Part shown: piece after piece, positions 1-7,503 of the stretch | Position numbering within the stretch: the stretch's first letter is position 1 | Layout: each line of letters begins with the position of its first letter | Assembly (NCBI RefSeq): GCF_000009705.1 | Contig: NC_003272.1 | Location: forward strand, 6,090,001 to 6,122,000 | From: Nostoc sp. PCC 7120 = FACHB-418 | GTDB taxonomy: Bacteria; Cyanobacteriota; Cyanobacteriia; Cyanobacteriales; Nostocaceae | DNA: 32,000 nt | Reading direction: 5' to 3' | Position numbers and translations under genes: made by a program | The notes under the pieces: model-generated | The model's database searches: none | What the model saw: the letters and a program-made list of their open reading frames with translations, nothing else | What the model was told of the DNA's origin: nothing

Positions 1-2399
1 CCCTTGCCTGTGGCAACAAAGCTACTACCAGTATTATTAGAACAACCACTAGCGATTTGTTGAGATGGGTCGGTGAGATTTTCTGATAATTCTACTAACC
101 CAGAATTTGGATCGACACCAATATTATTTATTTGCACAGTGCCATTGACATTGAATTGGGAACTAGCAGTAATGTCATTTGTCAAAACTTCTCTAGGATT
201 GAGAAGATTGCGATACTGCAACCCAATGATTCCCTGAGTTGCAATATGAATATTACCGCCCCTTCCTTGGACGGCATTGGCAATAACATCACTGTTTTCT
301 AAACCGACAATATTTGGGGCTGTAATTTTAATATTACCGCCATTACCAACTGCCTCTGCACTGATGAAACTGCCATTACGCATCAGTAAGACATCGCGCA
401 CTTGCAGATCAATATTACCTCCTTCGCCTGCATTGGCTTCAGAACGAAGTTTGCTAGCTAGATCCAACTTCAAATAATTAGCCTGAATGAGCATATTGCC
501 GGCATTTCCTGTGCCTTTGCCGCTAACTACAATTTCGGTGCGATCGCTAAGACTCAAATCTTTTGTCGTTACATATACGGAACCCGCAACACCAGGGCCT
601 GTAGAGGAGGCATACAACCCACTTGGGCCAGTAGCATCCAGAGAGTAAAGCAGTTGCCCACTTGGTACTTGACTCACACCTGCAATATTGATGGAATTGG
701 CTTGAATAGCAATATTTCCGGCTTTACCATAGGTTTCAGTTGAGGTGGAAATTCGCCCTCCGTCCAGTAAGTTGAGCTTACCAACATTAAAAGTAATGTC
801 GCCACCTTGTCCCTGACCCAGACTAATCAGTTTGTCAGTAGAGAAATCGTAGTTACCATTTGTTGATGCGAAAAATCGTGTGGCAACTCCAGTTGACGAA
901 CTGCCACCCAAAATTACTTCGTCAGCATTAACAATAATGTTACCTGATGTACCTTCACCATAAGTACCAGTCCGAATACCAGGGCCGTTTAAGACCTCTA
1001 GTTTACCGACATTGAGAATTATATCTCCACCCCTACCTGTGGCAAATTCACGGATACTGGTACTCATCCCCGTCAAAAATGCAGGTTCACCTGTTGCAGT
1101 TTCACCTGTCACACTTAAGTTCTTGGCTGTGACAATAATATTGCCACCATCACCAGTTCCTCTAGCAGTAGCGCGTAATTCACCACCGTCCCGAATATTG
1201 ACTTGGGTGGCATCAATCGTGACATTACCACCTCGACCTTGGGAACCATTCATCGTATTAGATGCTAGTGTACTGACGCTAAATCGCTGCTTTGTCGGCG
1301 CATGGATGGCTTCCCCAATCACATTAACAGTTGTAGCTTTAACTGTAATATTGCCGGAATCTCCAATTCCATTGGTACGGGTGTTAATTTGTGCGCCATT
1401 TAAAACACTAAGAAGAGGTGTTTCAATTGTTATATCACCACCCCGTCCCCTAGCTGTTGGTTGAGAGTGAGTAGCAATTGCAGTGTTAGAAAGGGATGAG
1501 CGACCAATAAGTTCAAGGGATTCAGAGGCTTTGACTAGAATACCTTGTCCTGAACTTGTGCCTAAAGTGTGGGAAGTGATAGTTGAAGAACCAGACAAAG
1601 TTATTTTTTGCCCATGGAGAGCGATCGCCCCACCTTGGTTTCCACTGGTATCAACCTTGGCTACATTGCTAAAGTTAATATCTTGGAACTGAGCCACAGT
1701 ATTGAAATCTAAGCTGAATCCAGTAGTGTTTGCAGACAGTCCCACAATATTATTTGCTGCAACGCTCCCTAATTCAACTCTGCCATCGGTAGCAGTAATT
1801 GTACTCTGGTCAAAAGTTAAGTTATTTCCTACTAGTGCAAATGTGTTTCTCGCGGGAATTGCTAATTTTGACCCATAAACGTTAATTGAACTGGGACTGC
1901 TGCCCATTTGCAAACCAATCGGCACGCTCAAGGTGAGTAAAGCTGAATCCAGTGGACTTGTAGCACTAAACTTAAATCCATCAGCAAATTTAATACTTTC
2001 AGCAGTAGTAGCAACAAACGAACCACCAATTTTCAAACTTGCATTTTTGCCAAAAATAATCCCACTGGGATTGAGCAAAAATAAATTAGCACTACCATTG
2101 GCTCTAATTAGACCATCAATGTTGGAGACAGTGCCACCTGTTACTCTACTAAAAATATTCTGTATATCTGCGGCATTGTTGAAAAATGCCGAACCGTTGA
2201 TAGGAAACGAGAATTGGCTGAAGCTATGAAATAAATTATTACCTACCCGGCTACCATTGGTGATGGTGAAATGATTACTACCAGTCACAGTGGTGTTGAG
2301 AGTGGGATCAGGAATAACTTGAGCGTGAACACTACTGTTATCAATAGCAGATATGAAGATTGTGCCAATTAAGGCTAAACCAGTAAAATTTAGTTGCAT
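1..2399 (-). CDS. TpsA / filamentous-haemagglutinin-like two-partner-secretion exoprotein, paralogue 1 (3' end cut by the window edge)
   Basis: Absent from the ORF track because it stays open to the window edge. The reverse complement of 2397-2399 is ATG. My translation starts MQLNFTGLALIGTIFISAIDNSSVHAQVIPDPTLNTTVTGSNHFTITNGSRVGNNLFHSFSQFS...SANLFLLNPSGIIFGKNASLKIGGSFVATTAESIKFADG, which carries the TPS-domain motifs. The frame is still open at nt 3, where it reads ...DPSQQIASGCSNNTGSSFVATGK(G). The conserved C-terminal module is therefore truncated about 75-80 aa before its end. Confidence 0.88.
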   Translation of the reverse strand, partial: MQLNFTGLALIGTIFISAIDNSSVHAQVIPDPTLNTTVTGSNHFTITNGSRVGNNLFHSFSQFSFPINGSAFFNNAADIQNIFSRVTGGTVSNIDGLIRANGSANLFLLNPSGIIFGKNASLKIGGSFVATTAESIKFADGFKFSATSPLDSALLTLSVPIGLQMGSSPSSINVYGSKLAIPARNTFALVGNNLTFDQSTITATDGRVELGSVAANNIVGLSANTTGFSLDFNTVAQFQDINFSNVAKVDTSGNQGGAIALHGQKITLSGSSTITSHTLGTSSGQGILVKASESLELIGRSSLSNTAIATHSQPTARGRGGDITIETPLLSVLNGAQINTRTNGIGDSGNITVKATTVNVIGEAIHAPTKQRFSVSTLASNTMNGSQGRGGNVTIDATQVNIRDGGELRATARGTGDGGNIIVTAKNLSVTGETATGEPAFLTGMSTSIREFATGRGGDIILNVGKLEVLNGPGIRTGTYGEGTSGNIIVNADEVILGGSSSTGVATRFFASTNGNYDFSTDKLISLGQGQGGDITFNVGKLNLLDGGRISTSTETYGKAGNIAIQANSINIAGVSQVPSGQLLYSLDATGPSGLYASSTGPGVAGSVYVTTKDLSLSDRTEIVVSGKGTGNAGNMLIQANYLKLDLASKLRSEANAGEGGNIDLQVRDVLLMRNGSFISAEAVGNGGNIKITAPNIVGLENSDVIANAVQGRGGNIHIATQGIIGLQYRNLLNPREVLTNDITASSQFNVNGTVQINNIGVDPNSGLVELSENLTDPSQQIASGCSNNTGSSFVATGK

Positions 2400-2490
2400 C
2401 AACTTATCTCTAATTTTCTAGCCTGTGTATAGTTTTCCCAAGCAAAATGCTACAAGTTGAGGAAGTTTGTAATGTTATGGTGAGTTCTTT

Positions 2491-4950
2491 TTAGCCTTTA
2501 TGAAAAGCAGTACAAGTTAATGATGACTGTAAATTCACGGAAGATTTATCGGCAATTAATTCTATTTTGCCTTGGGTGTTACGATGCCAAGAAGTTGCTT
2601 GGATAGGAATTTGTGGTTGTATAGGTGTTTGTGCTTGTATTTGTGGTGTGTTTTGGAATGCAGATATATCACGAGTATCAGACCAAGTGCGATCGCTCCT
2701 CACTTCCTGTGTAGGATTTTGCGGCACACCACCCCTACCAGTGGCGACAAAACTACTACTATTAGTATTAGAACAACCAGTAGCTATTTGCTGTGATGGA
2801 TCAGTCACATTCTCCGGTAATTCTACTAAACCGGAATTAGGATCAACACCGACATTATTAATTTGAACTGTACCACTTACCCCAAATTGAGAACTGGCAG
2901 TAATATCACTTTCGGAAGTTTCGCCATCACGAAATTCTAAGCCCAATAAACCTTGAGTGGTAATTTGAATTTTGCCTCCATTTCCTGCAACGGCATTGGC
3001 AATAATATCACTGTTTTCTAGTCCGACAATTAAGGGAGAAATAACAGTAATGTTGCCCCCATTACCATTATTTCCAGCTCTAGCACTGATGAGACTGTTG
3101 TGGCGCATCAGGAGAATATCTCCTACAATCAGTCCTAGAGAACCGCCTTGCCCGGATGCAGCAGCAGTTCTAATTTGACCTTGTTGCTCTAACAAGAGCG
3201 AGTCGGTTTGAATTTGTAAATATCCACCATTGCCACTACCTATATTTTCCGCCGCGATATAGCCCTCATTACTAACTTTAATAGTGGGAGAGATAATAGT
3301 TAAATTTCCGCCATTGCCACTAGGAAATGCTGACAAACCTCTATTTTGTAAATACCTGGGTCGAAATCTTTGCCCTGATGCAGTAATACGACTATGATCC
3401 CGCAACACGGAATTAGAACCATCAACTTCCACAGATTCACTAGCATAAATAGTTAAATCACCCGCATTACCAGTATCAGAAGTGCTAGCAGAAATTACGC
3501 CAGATGCTCTCAGTATTAATTGTCTGGTATTAATAGTTATTACACCGCCATCTCCCCCGAAAAAGGTCGATGTAGCAATAGCGGATGCTCCACCTGATCC
3601 TGGATTTTCACCAAATAGAGAAATTATATCTGCGGTCATGTGAATATTACCGCCACTACCTCCTCCTTCAACCAGTGATGTAATCGTTCCCCCTTCTTTC
3701 ACAATTAAATCTCTAGTGGCGATCGAAATATTTCCACCCTTTCCTCCTCCTGGGAAAGATGGGCTATTAATGCCACTAGCACGAAAATTAATAGGAGAAA
3801 AACCTATAATTTGGATTGATTCTGCGGCAGTGACAGTAATATCGCCGCCTTTCCCCCCATTTGTATAGGTTGTGGATAAAATTCCGCCCCCATCCTGCAC
3901 AATCAACTGCCTAGCTGAAACATCTATATTCGCCCCATATCCACTACCCAGATTTTCAGACAAAATGAAACTTGGATTTTTTTGCGGCAATGCACCACTC
4001 ATTGCTAATAAATCTGCGTTAATTTTGATGCTACCTGGGCGTTGCTGTCCTTGATGTTGAATAAATACACTAGAACTATTTTGAATGTGAATATCTTTTC
4101 CTTGAAGATGAATCGAACCTCCAGGATTACCACTTGTATCGATGAGAGCAGCGCGAGTGAGATAGATATCTGATAAAATTTGACCAGAATGATAGTCAAA
4201 TTTCCAAATAGGAGTATTAGTATTGAGATGAACTGTTCCTGCTGTCATGCTTCCCAGTTCAATATGTCCGCTTTCAGCAATTAACACCCCTGCATCCAAT
4301 TGAATACCATTACCCAAGAGGGCTAATGTTTTCCCTGGAAACAGGCGCAAACCACCAAGTTGTGGATCACGAGTCACTGGGGCTAAAAAATTGGTGGGGT
4401 GGAGAAGATTGTGTCCTTGTCCTTGGACTTGAATGCTACCTGAATTTTGTCCCATCTGTAAGCCAATGGGTACGCTCATCGTGAGCAAAGAAGGTGTGGT
4501 TGTATCAGTTGTACTAAAGATAAAGCCATCGCTAAAGTTAATACTATCGGCTGTCGTTCCTAGAAAAGACCCACCAATATTTAACCTGGCATTAGAGCCA
4601 AAAATAATTCCATTGGGATTGAGTAAAAATAAATTGGCACTACCATTAGCTTGAATTAAACCATCAATATGAGAAATACTACTGCCCGTCACACGACTAA
4701 AAATATTTTGGATATCTAAAGCATTGTCGAAGAAAGCAGAGCCATTGGTGGAAATTGAGAATTGCTGTAAACTGTGAAACAGATTATTCCCAACACGGTT
4801 GCCATTAGTGATAGTGAAATGATTAGCACTTTGAGAAACATCGGTGTTGAGAGTTCCATCGGGAATAACTTGAGCGTTAACACAACTGCTGCCAATAACG
4901 CTTATGAACATTCCGCCGATTACACCAAAGACCGTAAAAGTTACTTTCAT
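2491..4950 (-). CDS. TpsA / filamentous-haemagglutinin-like exoprotein, paralogue 2
   Basis: The track ORF is 2491-4953, but its first codon (4951-4953) is TTG. The adjacent ATG at 4948-4950 gives MKVTF..., which parallels MKITF/MKLTF in sister copies. Signal peptide ends ...SSCVNA|QV. TPS motifs: NLFHSLQQFS, LFLLNPNGIIFG, GGSFLGTTADSINFSDG. The core has GGNI-type Gly/Asn-rich repeats. C-terminal module: ENSDIIANAV, GCS..SSFVATGRGGVPQNP, RSDRTWSD, SWHRNTQGKIEL, LTCTA. Confidence 0.92.
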   Translation of the reverse strand: MKVTFTVFGVIGGMFISVIGSSCVNAQVIPDGTLNTDVSQSANHFTITNGNRVGNNLFHSLQQFSISTNGSAFFDNALDIQNIFSRVTGSSISHIDGLIQANGSANLFLLNPNGIIFGSNARLNIGGSFLGTTADSINFSDGFIFSTTDTTTPSLLTMSVPIGLQMGQNSGSIQVQGQGHNLLHPTNFLAPVTRDPQLGGLRLFPGKTLALLGNGIQLDAGVLIAESGHIELGSMTAGTVHLNTNTPIWKFDYHSGQILSDIYLTRAALIDTSGNPGGSIHLQGKDIHIQNSSSVFIQHQGQQRPGSIKINADLLAMSGALPQKNPSFILSENLGSGYGANIDVSARQLIVQDGGGILSTTYTNGGKGGDITVTAAESIQIIGFSPINFRASGINSPSFPGGGKGGNISIATRDLIVKEGGTITSLVEGGGSGGNIHMTADIISLFGENPGSGGASAIATSTFFGGDGGVITINTRQLILRASGVISASTSDTGNAGDLTIYASESVEVDGSNSVLRDHSRITASGQRFRPRYLQNRGLSAFPSGNGGNLTIISPTIKVSNEGYIAAENIGSGNGGYLQIQTDSLLLEQQGQIRTAAASGQGGSLGLIVGDILLMRHNSLISARAGNNGNGGNITVISPLIVGLENSDIIANAVAGNGGKIQITTQGLLGLEFRDGETSESDITASSQFGVSGTVQINNVGVDPNSGLVELPENVTDPSQQIATGCSNTNSSSFVATGRGGVPQNPTQEVRSDRTWSDTRDISAFQNTPQIQAQTPIQPQIPIQATSWHRNTQGKIELIADKSSVNLQSSLTCTAFHKG
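2541..2700. repeat. 160-bp tract perfectly identical to 7554-7713 (direct repeat, inside the C-terminal module of TpsA paralogue 2)
   Basis: Base-by-base comparison of the two stretches, from aagatttatcggcaatt... to ...ccaagtgcgatcgctcct, shows no mismatch. The offset is a constant 5013 nt. Confidence 0.95.
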
Positions 4951-5024
4951 CAAGCTATTTCCATTTTCTACCCTGTAAGTAGTATTCCCAAAAGATGATT
5001 TTGCTAACCTTGTCGGATGTGTAA

Positions 5025-7412
5025 CTAACTTTTGGAAATTGCTGCACAGGTTAAAGATAGTTGTGCCTGAGTAGAAGATTGCTCTGCAACTAATTCAATT
5101 TTGCCTTGGGTATTACGATGCCAGGAAGTAGCTTGGATGAGAATTTGTGGCTGTGTGGGTGTTTGTGATTGTATTTGTGGTCTGTTCTGGAATGCAGATA
5201 TATCACGAATGTCAGACCAAGTGCGATCGCTCCTCATTTCTTGTGTGGGATTTTGTGGTATTCCACCCCTGCCTGTGGCGACAAAACTACTACCAGTAGT
5301 ATTAGAACAACCACTAGCAATTTGTTGTGATTGATCGGTGATATTGGCCGGCAATTGGATTAAACCGGATTTGGGATCAACACCAATATTATTTACTTCA
5401 ACTGTACCGTTCACACCAAATTGAGAACTAGCAGTAATATCATTTTCGGAAGTGAGTTGAGGACTATATTGTAAGCCGATAATTCCCTGAGTTGTGATTT
5501 GAATATTGCCCCCTTTTCCGTGGACAGCATTGGCAATGATATCACTGTTTTCTAAACCTACAATGATAGGCGAATTAATAGTGATATTACCACCATCACC
5601 AATTGCATTTGATGTAGCGTTAATGGCACTATTATGACGCATCAATAGGGTTTGGGTATTAACATCAATGTTGCCCCCTTCTCCCATTTGTGTGACAGCA
5701 GTAATAGCACCTTGAGTATTCAACACTAGAGAATTGACATTTATTTTTACCATTCCAGCATTACCTCGACCATCATTTCTAACATTAATTAATCCACTAT
5801 TAGCAACCTTCAATTGCTGAGTGGTAATTTGTACATCTCCACTATTTCCAGTCAAAACTCTTGATGTACCGGCTTGTTGAACTGTTGATGAACCTATAAA
5901 ACTGGGAATTAAGAATGATTGTCTGGGCTTGCCAGCAACTTCTATTGATTCTGTGGCATGGAGAGTGACATTTCCGGCTTTCCCACTGGCGTAGGAAGAA
6001 GCTTCCACTCTCGCCCCACTTTGAACTGATAATCTAGCTGTATTCACAATCAAATTGCCAGAATTACCAGCAGCAAGAGTTGAAGAACTTAGGGAACTGG
6101 GTGCAAAACTTGTGGAGACGGTTTCAACTCCGGCTAATTCAATAGATTCTGTGGCCTTGACTGTCACATTTCCTGCCGCACCTGTTCCAATTGTAGAGGT
6201 CGTGACTACAGAACCATCAAGAATTTCTAAGCGATTCGCAACTACGCTCACATCTCCACCCTTTCCAGAAAGAAAAGTCAGTCCAGAAATACCACTACGA
6301 TTAGTTGATATCTTTCCTACTCCTGCTACTTGAATATTGCCAGAGGCATTAACAGTAATATTGCCTCCGCCTACGGAATTACTAATGTTACTGGTCAGAA
6401 TAATACCACCATTATTGGCCATCAGGTCTCGTGTGGATATTTCAATATTGCCTACCATCCCAGTACCGATCGCTCCTGCTCGTACTGCACTAGTAGTAGT
6501 ACCACTGGGATTATCACCAGTGACCGTTAGTAGTTTTGTAGCATGGACTGAAATTTTGCCCGGAGTTTGGACATTTGTCATGTTTTGAATCGATACACGA
6601 GAACCCCCACTCAAAGAGACATTAGCCCCCCATAAATGAATTTCACCATTGCCACCTGTTGACAGTAAAGTTTGGTTAGATAGGTCAATATTCCCAAAAC
6701 TTTGAACATCTTGATAACCTAAACTCCAACCTAAATTATTGGGAGTAAGGCTAACAGTCCCCTCCCCAACTGCACCGAATTCAATTCGTCCTTGAGAAGT
6801 GGAAAGATTACGACTGTCTACAAATATATCTCCTCCTATAAGTGCTAAAGTTTTTCCTGTGGGTACTTGAAGTTGAGTTCCAGATGCTTGAACTTGAATG
6901 GCACTAGGATTCTGCCCAAACTGCAAACCGAGAGGTATATTGATGGTTAACAAAGGAGATATTGTAGGATTGGTGGCACTAAACTCAACTCCATCAAGAA
7001 ACTGAATGCTGTTAGCTGTTGTACCGACAAACGATCCACCAATATTTAACCTGGCATTAGCTCCGAAAATAATCCCATTTGGGTTGATTAAAAATACATT
7101 GGCACTTCCCTTGGCATTGATAGAACCATTAATGGTAGAAACATGACCACCAGTCACTCGACTAAAAATATTTTGGACATCTGAAGCGTTGTCAAACAAG
7201 GCAGAGCCATTGTTAGGAATAGAAAATTGGCTAAAGCTATGAAATAAATTATTACCAACACGAGTACCGTTGGTGATGCTGTAATGATTACTACCGCTCA
7301 CAGAAGTATTGAGGGTGTTGTCGGGTGTTACTTGTGCGTGAACACTAATGTTGCCAATAACTAAGATGTAGATTGCACTAAGTAAGCTTAGGTTAGCAAA
7401 AGTTATTTTCAT
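5025..7412 (-). CDS. TpsA / filamentous-haemagglutinin-like exoprotein, paralogue 3
   Basis: 795-aa ORF with ATG at 7410-7412. Signal peptide ends ...SVHA|QV. TPS motifs: NLFHSFSQFSIP, VFLINPNGIIFGANARLNIGGSF. The core is Gly/Asn/Ser/Thr-rich. C-terminal module: ENSDIIANAVHGKGGNIQITTQGIIGL, GCSNTTGSSFVATGRGGIPQNP, RSDRTWSD, SWHRNTQGKIEL, LTCAA. Confidence 0.93.
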   Translation of the reverse strand: MKITFANLSLLSAIYILVIGNISVHAQVTPDNTLNTSVSGSNHYSITNGTRVGNNLFHSFSQFSIPNNGSALFDNASDVQNIFSRVTGGHVSTINGSINAKGSANVFLINPNGIIFGANARLNIGGSFVGTTANSIQFLDGVEFSATNPTISPLLTINIPLGLQFGQNPSAIQVQASGTQLQVPTGKTLALIGGDIFVDSRNLSTSQGRIEFGAVGEGTVSLTPNNLGWSLGYQDVQSFGNIDLSNQTLLSTGGNGEIHLWGANVSLSGGSRVSIQNMTNVQTPGKISVHATKLLTVTGDNPSGTTTSAVRAGAIGTGMVGNIEISTRDLMANNGGIILTSNISNSVGGGNITVNASGNIQVAGVGKISTNRSGISGLTFLSGKGGDVSVVANRLEILDGSVVTTSTIGTGAAGNVTVKATESIELAGVETVSTSFAPSSLSSSTLAAGNSGNLIVNTARLSVQSGARVEASSYASGKAGNVTLHATESIEVAGKPRQSFLIPSFIGSSTVQQAGTSRVLTGNSGDVQITTQQLKVANSGLINVRNDGRGNAGMVKINVNSLVLNTQGAITAVTQMGEGGNIDVNTQTLLMRHNSAINATSNAIGDGGNITINSPIIVGLENSDIIANAVHGKGGNIQITTQGIIGLQYSPQLTSENDITASSQFGVNGTVEVNNIGVDPKSGLIQLPANITDQSQQIASGCSNTTGSSFVATGRGGIPQNPTQEMRSDRTWSDIRDISAFQNRPQIQSQTPTQPQILIQATSWHRNTQGKIELVAEQSSTQAQLSLTCAAISKS

Positions 7413-7503
7413 CAGCCAAACTTGTAATTATTTACCTTGTATCTAGTATTCCCAAGGTAAATTTTGCTATTGGGGTAGCTGTGTAATTTTACGATGAGTT
7501 TTT

